Assembly: GCF_006345805.1 (NCBI RefSeq)
Contig: NW_021833108.1
Span: 1-64,000, forward strand
Origin: Octopus sinensis
Taxonomy: Eukaryota
Direction of reading: 5' to 3'
DNA length: 64,000 nucleotides
Positions within the stretch are counted from its first letter, which is position 1, and every line of letters starts with the position of its first letter. A program made the translations under genes and the position numbers. The notes under the pieces were generated by a model that was not told the DNA's origin, did no database searches, and saw nothing but the letters and a program-made list of their open reading frames with translations. Shown here piece by piece: positions 25,639 through 38,261 of the stretch.

Positions 25639-25979
25639 GTAGTATGTATGTATGTATGTATGTATCTATGTATGTATGTATGTATATACAACTGGCTTTC
25701 AATTTCCAAGCCTTTTGGTCGGCCTAAAAGAAAATTATTTCTCAAACAGGATGTTTAATTTTCAAATAGAGCGCTTGAAATTCACGCAGCTGAATGAAAC
25801 GAATGTTCGTTGCAGTTAAAAAATGATTATTGGAATATATCAATAACTGCGCATACTTGCCTCGAACTCCGAAAAACATCTACTTTGTCCTCAACAAACA
25901 ATGTTATAGCTCTGTGTGTGTATGTGTGCATGTGTCCGTGTGTGTGATCGAGCATGTACATGAGTGCTTGGAGAGCGAA

Positions 25980-26101
<122 letters not shown>

Positions 26102-26309
26102 GGATTCGCAATCAGGTCCAGTGAAGTAAATATAGAGTTGTAATACTGTTCTATAGAGTGGATTAGTGTATATTCATGCGATGCTCCTTAGAGTTTCTCA
26201 TTTTTCAAGTTCCTTGCTGCCTGATGAGGACGAGCGATTAACAATTTTAAGATGACGTTTGGCAATAGTTGTTTATAAACAGGGAATGGAGGTTGGCATG
26301 ATACACGTG

Positions 26310-26314
26310 ATTGT

Positions 26315-26391
<77 letters not shown>

Positions 26392-26504
26392 CGGACGGAC
26401 AGACGGACGGACAGACGGACGGACAGACAGATAGATAGGCAGACGGACGGACGGACAGGCAGACAGGAAGATAGACAAACAGATAGACAAACAGATAGGC
26501 AGAT

Positions 26505-26538
<34 letters not shown>

Positions 26539-26661
26539 ATGGACTGACGGACTGACGGACGGACGGACGGGTAGATAGATAGACAGACAGACAGAAAGAC
26601 GGATGGAAGGATGGATGGACTAATAGATGGACTGACAGACAGACGAACGGACAGACGGATG

Positions 26662-26700
<39 letters not shown>

Positions 26701-26701
26701 C

Positions 26702-26771
<70 letters not shown>

Positions 26772-26930
26772 CAAACAGACAGATGAACGGACGGGTAGAT
26801 AGACAGACAGACAGTAAAAGGGATGGATGGATGGATGGATGGATGCACTGACAGATGGACGGACAGAGAGGCGGATGGACGGACAGGCAGACGGATGGAC
26901 AGGCGGACGGATGGACGGGTGGACGAGTAG
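26310..26930. repeat. (GATA)/(GACA)/(GGAC)/(GGAT) compound tetranucleotide array
   Basis: Mosaic of related 4-mers. Confidence 0.95.
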
Positions 26931-27235
26931 ATAAATTGAATCGTATATATGGCAAAAGCAGATCTATCCAGGAGTGTATGTTCATAAAGCACTTGGAAGC
27001 GACCATCAAAGTAGTTGAAAGCAACTTTCGTCTCTCAACTATGCTTTCAACTACGCAGATCTGCAGCGGGACTGAATAGTCACCAGAACAGTCATTACTT
27101 TATGTGTTCATTCGACCGACAAAAAATAGCAGTGAAATATCCCAGGAATCACCTCCTACTATCTTAATACGACGAACAACACTTTGGAGTGATATGTTGC
27201 TGGACTGTCTTTCTAAAATACGGTTGTAATGGCTT

Positions 27236-27622
27236 GGAGGCGCAATGGCCCAGTGGTTAGGGCAGCGGACTCGCGGTCATAGGATTGCGGTTTCGATTCC
27301 CAGACCGGGCGTTGTGAGTGTTTATTGAGTGAAAACACCTAAAGTTCCACGAGTCTCCGGCAGGGGATGGTGGTGATCCCTGCTGTACTCTTTCACCACA
27401 ACTTTCTCTCACTCTTACTTCCTGTTTCTGTTGTACCTGTATTTCAAAGGGCCGGCCTTGTCACTCTCTGTGTCACGCTGAATATCCCCGAGAACTACGT
27501 TAAGAGTACACGTGTCTGTGGAGTGCTCAGCCACTTACACATTAATTTCACGAGCAGGCTGTTCCGTTGATTCGGATCAACCGGAACCCTCGTCGTCGTA
27601 ACCGACGGAGTGCTTCCATCCA
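27236..27622 (+). mobile_element. tRNA-derived SINE family B, full length, 11-bp TSD
   Basis: A box TGGCCCAGTGG and B-box-like GTTTCGATTCC; TSD TGTAATGGCTT at 27225-27235 and 27623-27633. Confidence 0.9.
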
Positions 27623-28264
27623 TGTAATGGCTTACGTCATACATTTATTGAGACGAGCTGATCTGGCTAAGAACATTAAATAACAAGCTGAGGTTTTCTC
27701 TTTTTTCCTCTTCACATTACGCAACTCTTTTCATTGTGACATGCCATCAATATGTAATGTATTTAAATATTTATTTTATTAATTGGATACCCTTTTTCTA
27801 TCTGTTGCATTGTTCGAGACAGGTGTTTGCATTGTTTGGTCCTGTTTTATATTTTTCATTGATTTTATTGAATTTTTTTAGTGTTGTATCAATGCCATGA
27901 CAGGCACGTATACTAACAAATCAATCAACCTATTTATCTGTTTATTTATCTATCACTCTATTTGTCTCTTTATCTATATATTTGTCTATCTGCTTGTCTG
28001 ATTACCTATACATATGTATATGTACGTATAAACGTGCGAGTGTGTGTGTGTATTTATATATACATCTAGTATATAAGTATGTATGTATGTATGTATGTAT
28101 GTATGTATGTATGTATGTATACACGCACACACACATATATTTACAGATAAAGATATACATATCAATACATAAATATACACATACAGGAATATATATGTGC
28201 ATATATTCAAATATATATGTGTGTGTATGCATTTGTGTATTATAGATAGATAAACAGATAAATA

Positions 28265-29575
28265 ACTTTCTTTATTGGCTACACAGGGCTGAACACAGAG
28301 GGGACAAATACAAATGTAGAGGATTTTTTTCGAAAATGAAAATGAAAAGGGGAAAAAAAGAGAAAAAAATGTAAAATTCTGATCAAAAGGGATCGGGGAA
28401 ACAAATCGATCGAAAGGATCGTGTATCACAGAAGTATTTAAAAATGTAAAATGCAAGATTAGTTTTATCCGTGGAAAGAAAAGCCTACGGAAAAGACTAC
28501 GGTAACTCAGGCAGGGAGGAAATAAACACATGAGAACAAAGTGCTCCCTCTCTCTCTCATTTCCGATTTACAGCAACATGCTCTATGTAGTTTCGTGACT
28601 CGTACGCACCATCTTTGCTACATTCACCTACCTTTTTTTGAAACTTTCTCGAGACAAAACTTGCCTCTCCATTCTCACCTTCCTTTTCAAGTGGTACTTG
28701 AAAAAAATTGATGAGCGATTGTACAGAGTGGTAAGTGTTTGTCTCTAATCCTTTCACTCGAGTCCGCCACACACATTCTTTCACCATGGCCACCAGTACA
28801 ATGAAGACTGCCTTGCCTTGCCGGTTGAGGGAAGTTGGCGGAGCAACTTTCATGATAGACTCGGCCGACAGGCGGACTCGTCCCACACGTGACAGCCATT
28901 CGGCATAAGCCTACAGGTCCGAAATGGTTGGACACTGCATGAGTGCGTGCAGAATGGTTTTATCGCTCTGACCGCATCTTGGGCAAGTCGGTCCGCTGTG
29001 TCTCGAACCGTTCCTGTAGAGCTTATTCCGAACAGATAATGCTTCTCAATAGCACTGCCAGGCCAGAGATCTTTGGTGATTGTTCATAGGTACTGGGCCG
29101 AAAGTTGTCCTGAACAGGCGGGTCAAGTGTTCTTCGTCGATGCCCAGATTCTGCCCAAGAACGTCGTTGCACCTTCCTTTAATTAATGTTATATAGAACG
29201 CTTTTGTTGTAATGAAGTCGCACAAGTTTGATCCCGGACGGCATAGTTGCTTGAGAGCAACACGATACACGCCTAGCCTCGGTTTCTGTTTGATCCACGA
29301 CTGCAGTTCGGCCAATGAGACAAGCTACGGGAAAGCGCGCCGCACAAACGGCGACCACAGCTGTTCACCGTCGTCTATGAAGTGCCGTAGATGTCACAGT
29401 CTCAGTGCGTGTCTGCGCATCATCAACCACGGCATGCCTACACCTCCATTTAGCGAGTGTTGACAGCAAATAGATCGCCTAACCATCAGAACGCTTCCTT
29501 TCCACAAGAAGCGGAAGAGAATGCGTTCCAGTTTGGTGATGATAAGGTCGAGACAAGGCACGACGGTCAAACGAG
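28265..29575 (-). mobile_element. Tx1/L1-clade LINE, 5'-truncated: ORF2 C-terminus plus 3' UTR
   Basis: KLERILFRFLWKG...VRRSICCQ...GGVGMP, then QRSLAWQCY, a TCPRCGQSDKTILHALMQC finger and AVFIVLVAMVKECVWRTR. A pyrimidine-rich UTR ends in AATAAAGAAA. Multiple frameshifts. Confidence 0.88.
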
Positions 29576-29708
<133 letters not shown>

Positions 29709-30149
29709 TTTGATCTCTATACCATAATACATTTAAGTGTTCTCATGATGATCTGGAGTAGTTAAGCATCCAATTCCACCTGCAACCAATGCAGACGTTC
29801 TAAACAACCACAACGAAAAATTGCACGCAGAAGACAAATGATACAGACTTGTGTTCATCATGATGTCTTATATATAAATGCATGCATGTAGATTTGTATG
29901 TGTGTATATCTATGTACGTTTGTGTGTATCTAAGAATGTATTCATGTATGTATGTATCTCATTATTTAGCTTTATTTCAAGATTTCTTGCTAATACAGAA
30001 AGAACTGGTTGCTAACCTAGATCCAACGCTGCTTTACTTGAATTTTAACATCAACAACCGAGCATTTTTGTATGTATGTATGTGTGTATGGATGAATGGA
30101 TGAATGGATGGATGGATGCATGGATGGATGCATGGATGGATGCATGTGT

Positions 30150-30405
30150 AGGCGTGTATGTTTTATGTATGTATTCTCATGCTTATACTTACATATCTAG
30201 CCATGCTTTATATATATTTAAATGATAAACTTCAGAAAGTTTGACAGATTTTTACAGTTCCAGCGATGGATTGGATTTGTAGTCTTCGAATTCGCTTTCT
30301 CCTTTCTGGTGTTGAGAAGCCTAATTTCTCACAATTGATTTTTAGGCAAAGCGTTATATATCCTAGAGCCCCAATAATTACAGGTATAAACTTGTGAACT
30401 GGATA
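30150..30405 (-). pseudogene. RLE-type non-LTR retrotransposon extreme C-terminus (third family)
   Basis: Minus strand HKFIPVIIGALGYITLCLKINCEKLGFS...LQIQSIAGTVKICQTF; PVIIGALG resembles Dong/R4-type C-termini. Confidence 0.6.
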
Positions 30406-30419
30406 GAGTGTTTGCAGAT

Positions 30420-30943
30420 TGTATGTATGTATGTATGTATTTATGTATGTATGTATATATGTACGTTCGTATGTATGTATGTACGTTTGTATGTATGCAT
30501 ATATCTATATATGTATGTATATATGTATGTATGTACGTTTGTATATATATGTATATATTTGTATATATATGTATGCATGTATCTATGTTTGTATGCATGA
30601 ATGTGTGTATGTACATTTGTATGTATGTATATATGTATGTATATACGTTTGTATGTATGTATATACGTTTGTATGTATGTATTATGCATGTATGTATATG
30701 TATGTACGTTTGTATGTATGCATGTATCTATGTATCTATGTATGTATGTACGTTTGTATGTATGTATATATGTATATATGTATGCATGTATATATGTTGA
30801 TATCTATGTATGTATATATGTATGTACGTTTGTATGTATGTATATATGTATATATGTATGCATGTATATATGTTGATATCTATGTATGTATATATATATG
30901 TACGTTTGTATGTATGTATGTATGTATGCATGCATGTATGTAG

Positions 30944-30974
<31 letters not shown>

Positions 30975-31270
30975 TGTATGTATGTATGTATGTATGTATG
31001 TACGTTTGTATGTACGTATATATGAATGTATGTAAGCTTCTTTGTATGTACGTGTGTATGTATGTATATATATGTATATATGCATGTATGTATCTATATA
31101 TATCAATGTAAGCATGTATGTATGTACGTTTATATGTATGTATATATGTACGTTTGTATGTATGTATATATGTATGTATGTATGTATGTTTGTTTGTATG
31201 TATGTATGTATGTATGTATGTATGTATGTATGTATGTATGTATGTATGTATGTATGTATGTATGTATTGC
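30420..31270. repeat. (TATG)n-derived compound array
   Basis: TATG background with recurring GTACGTTTGTATG variants. Confidence 0.95.
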
Positions 31271-31404
31271 AAAGTTGTTATGTCTCATATAACAGCGTAC
31301 TGGTTAATCTTAGCATGGGTTTTCCTTTGGTATGATACACGTTTGAATAGATTTACAGAATGTATATTCAAGAACAGAATAACACTGAAGACTTAGTTAC
31401 AAAA

Positions 31405-31765
31405 GCTTTATATTGTAACATAGGGTAAGGGGTAAGGACCCTCTTGGCTCATGAATGACCATGGGATTGCACCTATGAAGGTCCGCTCCGAGGCACAAGT
31501 CCAGGCAAGGTTGTTTGCGGATGACCAGCAATCATCCATGTATACCAGCGTCCTCTCACCACGCCACCGAATTTATCCAAGGGAAAGGCAAAGACCGATA
31601 CAGCTTGGCATCAGTGACGTCGCAACTCATTTCTACACCTGAGGGAACTGGAACACCGTGAAATAAAGTATCTTGCGCAAGAACACAACACGCAGCTCGG
31701 TCCGGGAATAGAACTCACTATCTCATGATTGTAAGCCCGATGCTCTAACCGCTGGGCCGTATATT
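31405..31765 (-). mobile_element. tRNA-derived SINE (additional family)
   Basis: Minus-strand head GGCCCAGCGGTTAGAGCATCGGGCTTACAATCATGAG...GAGTTCTATTCCCGG, followed by GTTCTTGCGCAAGATACTTT. Confidence 0.65.
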
Positions 31766-32464
31766 TACACGTGTATCACAAACGTGTACTAGTATGCCAT
31801 ACGGTAATCGTTACATGGACTGTTGCATAATTCCTTACAATGCCAAATCATCAGGAGAAAAAAAGTAATTTAATTCATTGCAGATCACCAACTTTTCTCA
31901 ATAGATTATCTTTTACAGATTCTTATGAACCCACAGTTGATGCCTTCTCGCAACAAAATATTTCACTGCCAATAAGTATATTTCTTTGTCTTCAGTTATA
32001 ATTCCATTCATATCCTAGTTAATTGAAACAACTTAGATTTTAGTCAGATCTTTTTTTGCCTCAAACTGCTAGATTTATATTTGCAGTTCAGCTTTCTTAC
32101 TGGTGTCATTAAATTCAACTTAAGCTGCTTTACTGGCATTTTTCCCTACGCTTCGAGTTCTGCAAGTGCATTTTTTTATATAATATACATTTCTTTAATT
32201 TATAAAATTTACTCTTTTAATATAGCTTAAGCTTTTTGCAAAAGTATTCTATTCTTTTATCTTTATACTTTTTAAATTTTGTTTTAATAACAGATGTTTT
32301 TTAGCTGCAAAAAGCGTGGACTAGCAACGAAAATATGAGACCAGGAACGATAATATTCTTAAATTTACCTGGAAAAGAAGAAAACAAGAAATAGCAGTTA
32401 AAATTATTGCAGCTAAAGTCAGAATTGAAATTTAAATAAAGTATATGCTATACAGTTCTACATT

Positions 32465-32738
32465 TGAGAGATGAGGAATTATGTACATTATTTGCATTAT
32501 TTAAATTTGACGGATGTTTGTCCTCATCTTGTTTGTTGTTAACACAACGTTTCAAACGATATACTCTCCAGCTTTCATCAGGTGTCCTGGGGAAATTTCG
32601 AACCTGGGTTCTCATTCCTAAAGTTTTTCTTTTATGTTGTTATTACCATCATTATTATTATTAATCAACTCACTGCTTGGAATCGAACTTGGAATCTTGG
32701 GGTTAGTAGCCCGCGCTCTTAACCACTACACCATAGCC
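32465..32738 (-). mobile_element. SINE family E: tRNA head + (TAA)n spacer + hammerhead-bearing tail
   Basis: A box TGGTGTAGTGG (32733-32723), B box AGTTCGATTCC (32689-32679), (TAA)n spacer, then GGACAC-CTGATGA-...-GAAACGTT-GTGTT (32587-32541). Confidence 0.8.
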
Positions 32739-32852
32739 TACGGGTCGGGTTTACACGGTTAATCCGAAATAGGTAATTCATTTCCTCGAATTTGTAAATC
32801 CTCACTTTCGATGAACTGAAAGCCATTCAATCAACCATCCGCGCGCGCGCGC

Positions 32853-32920
<68 letters not shown>

Positions 32921-32948
32921 GTATATATATATATATAATATATATATA

Positions 32949-32998
<50 letters not shown>

Positions 32999-33302
32999 TA
33001 TACATATTCTGTTGTGTCTGGGGAGAGTCATTCTCTTTTAGTGCCTTATTATTTAACACACTCACCGGTAAAATTTCCACTTATTTCTTATTTTTTATTT
33101 TCTAAAATTTTCGTTGCGTCTTGCAACCTTTTCAATAGTCTTGACTCTGTTCGTTATTTACACTGCGTTCCCTTTTGTTTGTCTGTGCGCATGTGTGTGG
33201 GTCAGTGGGTCAGTATGTGTGTGTGCCTATACATGCACGCATGTACGTATGTATGTGTGTGCATGTTTGCATGTGTATGTATGTATATATGTGTGTGTAT
33301 GC

Positions 33303-33333
<31 letters not shown>

Positions 33334-33629
33334 TGCATGTATATATGTATGTACGTGTGTGCATCTGTATGTACGTATCCTGCATATTTATGTGCTTGCC
33401 TGTCCGTGTTTGTGTATTTTCTATGTATGTGTGTGTGAGCATGTGTTTGTATATGTATGCACCTCTGTCTACTTGTATGTGCATGTCTGTATGTGTGTGT
33501 GTTATGTAACTATGTACCATGCTTGTATGTATGGATGTGTATCTTTATATGTGTGGATCCGTGTCTCCATATGTGTCTGTTCATATAGTCTATATACCTA
33601 TCCGTCTGTATATTGATCTGTTTATTTAA

Positions 33630-34800
33630 ATAAATGTTAGCAGAACAGTCCACAACTCTCCTACTCTACAGTAGATATGTAGATGACATTAATATAATAG
33701 TTAGAACCAACTCTAGTGACGGTAATGTAGAGACTGAGAAGAACGTAATGGAGAGCATCCAGCAAATAGCTAACTCCATCCACCAAAGTATCAAGGTAAC
33801 AATAGATTACCCCAATAAGCACCCCAACAATAGACTCCCTGTACTTGATATTGAACTTTGGTTAGAGAATGTAAACAATAGAGTGCAGCTCCTCCACTCT
33901 TATTACATGAAACCTGTAACTTCAAAATATGTTGTTCACAAGAACTCAGCTTTGTCACACAACATGAAAATTAACATGCTAATAGCAGACCTAGTTAGAA
34001 TAATGAACAATGTGTCCCCATTATGCGAACCCCATGAAATGAAGAAACATATACAGAACTTCATACACCGCATGCAGTTCTCTGGATATGATCAGAAAGA
34101 TAGGGTTCGTGTATATAGGAGGGCTAGAAAGAAATTAGATAACATTATGCATAATGATACCAGAGATACCTGCCCTAGATATAGAAACAAAGAATGGAAT
34201 AGAATACAAAAAACTTGTGACAAAGCAAACAGGGCGAACACGTGGTATAAAACCGACAAATGTCAAGGAGTGATGTTTGTAGAGGCCACAGCCAATGCAG
34301 AACTAGCCCGTAGATTTAGAAAAGCTCTGAAGGAGACCAAATTCAACATTAAAATTGTTGAAAAGCCAGGGAACTCCGTCAGATCACAACTATGTAGTGA
34401 ATACTCTATGCACCAATGATAACTGCATGGTATGTAGAATTAGCCCTGGTATTAACTGTAGAACTCGAAATGTAGTTTACAGCATAAGATGCATAGAAGG
34501 TGCTTGTAAGGACATGAACATGATCTACATAGGGGAGACGTCTAGGAGCATTGCGGAACGGATAAATGAACATTTAAGACAATATGACGACAGAAAACAG
34601 TGCTCCATACTCTACCAACATGCCAAAGACCACCATGGAGGTAATTTGGGTCAACTTGACATCCACATCTTATCCAAGTACCCAAAAGACCCAACACTCA
34701 GACAAATACGGGAGTACGTCCTTATAAATGAAACTTCCTCAATATTAAATTGGAAATATACATAATAAATACCACACCTCCATACCCACAGTTTACACAG
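33630..34800 (+). mobile_element. Penelope-like element (Naiad/Chlamys-type), RT C-half + GIY-YIG endonuclease, one frameshift
   Basis: RYVDD at 33673-33687, RLPVLDIELW, YYMKPVTSKYVVHKNSAL, MQFSGY and VMFVEAT. After a frameshift near 34400: CTNDNCMVC...CRTRNVVYSIRC...YIGETSRS...RINEH. Confidence 0.88.
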
Positions 34801-35969
34801 GTAGAGTAGAATAGTTAGTGGACTGTCAGGTAGATAAATGTATGTATGTAGGTGTGAGTTTGTATGTATGCCTTTTTTTAAATATTTTTTTTAATATTTT
34901 TTAATATTTTTTAATATGTTTTATTTTTTATTTCTGTATGTAAGCATTTAGATATGTTAATAAGCAGATCAATATACAGATCAAGTATATCTCCGTAATT
35001 TTTTTTAAATCCCTGTGGATAAATGCCAGCAATGACCTTCCCAGGGTCTCCAATATTTTGATTTCTAAACAGAAATAATAGGGGCAGCGAGTGGGATTGC
35101 AAAAAATTCATAATTTCTCAAATTTTCTTTTTTATAGCATATAAATGTATTTAAGGGGAAAGAATATTGAAAAAATATCAATAGATGAGAGGGTGAAGAA
35201 ACGAGGAGGGTTGTATTTCGATGTGCTAGAAACAATAGCCAAATTGTCCTTAAATCAGTCATTTTTCCCTCTGAAAATATCAACAACTTTAAAAAAAATT
35301 TTACCGAAAATGGTCTTCCGTGGTTTTGAAATGCAAAAAAAAAAATTGGTCAAAATAGATCCAGAGTAGGAGGATGAGGGAGGTGGGGTTGTAAAATAAA
35401 AGATTTTCAAAACTTTTTCATACAAACATGTCTCCCCCTCATCCCAACCTCATCATTTCGAAAGATGTTTAAAAAAATAAAAATGGGGAAAAACCCCGAA
35501 AAGATTTCCCCACAAATTTCTTTAAAATCGTAATCTATGCCGTTTGAATGGGATTTATATCAATTTTCATTAAATGATACCGTTTTCCCGAAAGTTATGC
35601 GGAGAAAATGTCAGATCGTGTGAATTTTCCAAAACTCCTCTCTCCACCCTCTCGGAAAAATTCTTTCCCATAAATCCCTATATACTCTGAAGCCACAATA
35701 TCTAAGTGGTATTTGTAGAAAATTTTATTAAAAAGTATTCATTTTTCTAGATGTTATGAGGCAACAAACTCGGGGGTGTATACATCTGTAGTATTGCCCT
35801 TTTATTTATACGATTTTTCATTTCATGTCTATTTCATTCATTGTTTGCAATGTTCTCTCTCCCCCGCTCTCTCTCTCTCTCTCACACACACATACACACA
35901 TACACATGTATGGATAATACCGTACTAAAGTCTAGTGCCTCAACTTACGTACCATATTCATCTGAATCT

Positions 35970-36079
<110 letters not shown>

Positions 36080-36377
36080 TCAGGGTGAGTACTTGATAAT
36101 TGTAAGCACCTGTATATACCGCATTATGTCGTACGCGAATGAGAGGATTTGCATCCCCAACCAAGAATTTTTGATGTAATACATGTCCTTGTGGAAGTTG
36201 TTGTGCGCGGCTGAAGAAGGCCACAGACATACATTATGCATTGTTATAAATCCGTCTAATAAAGGCCCGAAACATATGTACCGCTGAATCCTTGGCATCA
36301 TGTTTTTATTTTGATTAATTTATATATATATAGCATTAATAAATCTCCGAACGAGATATAAATAGTAACCGCTCGAC

Positions 36378-36548
36378 AACGTAAAGTGTACTAGCCATCT
36401 GAATGTGGCTAGCCACTGGGGGTGGGGTGTTACTGACGCTTTTGTGTCTAAGGCCAGCTGGTGACGTTGATCTCCTGGTGCTAAAAGCGTCAGTAACACC
36501 CCACCCCCAGTGGCTAGCCACATTCAGATAGCTAGTACACTTTACGTT
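36378..36548. repeat. Fold-back inverted repeat, 66-bp arms
   Basis: Arms 36378-36443 and 36483-36548 match at 65/66 positions; 39-bp spacer. Confidence 0.95.
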
Positions 36549-36799
36549 ATATATATATATATATAGGGAGAGAGAGAGAGAGACATATTATTATTATTAT
36601 TATTATTATTGAAAAAATTAGAGTCAACAAGAAGGGTACAGCTGGACATTTATTCTTTAATCACTACAGTTGTTTCCACGCAACGCAGTTCTCCAGGTGT
36701 GCAGGTACTTGATTATGCAACTGTTTCTCTGCATTATGAGAACTAGTTGGGTTTCCTCAAGCGATTTTTAAATATTGTCTCCGTAAGTTTGCTTAATTT

Positions 36800-37040
36800 T
36801 ATTTTACTTGTTTCAGTCATTTGACTGCGGTCATGCTGGAGCACCGCGTTTTAGTCGTACAAATCGACCCCGTCGACTCTCTTTTTTCTTTTTGTAAGCC
36901 TCGTACATATTCTATCGGTCTCTTTTGCCGAACCGCTCAGTAACGGGGGCGTAAACACACCAACATCAGTTGTCAAACGATGGTGGGGGGGGGGCGAACA
37001 CAGGCAAACGAACATATACATTTGTATGTGTGCGCGTATA

Positions 37041-37106
<66 letters not shown>

Positions 37107-37137
37107 TACATACATACATCATACATACATACATACA

Positions 37138-37168
<31 letters not shown>

Positions 37169-38224
37169 GTATGTATATATATATCTTTATACATATAAAA
37201 CTGAAAATGTGTGTGTGTGTGTGTCTGTCTGTCTGTCTGTCTGTGTGTTTCCCTAAAACTTGAGAACAACACAACCAATTTCATTCAAATTTTACACGTC
37301 TTACTTAGGGTGTCATCGGCAAAAAAAGTTGATCTTTTTGCCTAGAGCGAGCCCATAGCAATATCATATCTTCTCCACTATTTCAGTATTACGTGTTAAA
37401 AGTGAAACAAAAACGTTTCTCTATTTTATGTCAGATACTTTCACTTTAACAATAAAACTAATAATAATAATTGAATTATATGTAGTAAGTAATAATTAAA
37501 ATCAAACTAAAGTATAATATAATTGTAACATAACAAAAGTAAAAATAGCAATTGGTATAAAATTGCATCAATGATTTGAACTTGAATAACTGGTTTCACA
37601 TGAATGGGAATAAATTAAAAATAAAATTAGCGTGCAAAAATGAAATAGTCCAGATGGATAATAAAAAATTAAATTAAAGAAAAGACTATTGTCTATAAAG
37701 TATACAATGTAGAGAAAAAAGACGATTTGAAGACATGAAGGAAAGCACCCTCGAAAAGTGTCTTGGTGCGACTATGAAAGGTATCTAATCAGAGGCGGTA
37801 AATTCGCCACAATAGAAGCAAGGTTCGAGTCAACGGAGCGTGCAAGGAAGTACTCGACTCGAACTTGCAAAGTGGAAATATTTTATTTTTACCATTATAT
37901 CTGGGACGTAGGACGTGCCGGAAAAAATTTAAAATGTCCCCTCCCCCACCAGAAGTAGAGGTAGGCTGGATTGTAGCCACACTTCTATACAAGAGGGAGG
38001 ACAAGATACAATTGATCGAAATTACAAGAGACGGGCTAACAATTCCAGTCTGTTATATATTTTGAGTATTGTTATCACTAGCGATATCAAGATATAACTT
38101 TGTATTTTGTATTTTATGTGTAGATGTATATATATATAGATGTACATGTAATATGTACACATATATATACACATATATACATGCACTAGCACTATGACCC
38201 GGCAACGACGGGTCTTTAATGCTA

Positions 38225-38261
<37 letters not shown>

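Noticed and set aside
27011-27054. 13-bp perfect inverted repeat GTAGTTGAAAGCA/TGCTTTCAACTAC
   Set aside because: The repeat is real but short, and the loop repeats part of the arm, consistent with a local template-switch scar; no further support for function.
27236-27310. Possible tRNA genes (also 32738-32665, 39235-39262, 55238-55300)
   Set aside because: A/B boxes are present, but acceptor and anticodon stems are broken and the sequences continue into SINE bodies, some with TSDs.
31800-32330. Lys-rich decayed reading on the minus strand resembling a LINE linker region
   Set aside because: There are many stops and no diagnostic motif; it cannot be assigned without a profile search.
34417-34422. 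TGA ending the first PLE frame as a possible selenocysteine codon
   Set aside because: It is immediately followed by TAA, and the conserved Cys motif continues in a different frame, so this is a frameshift.
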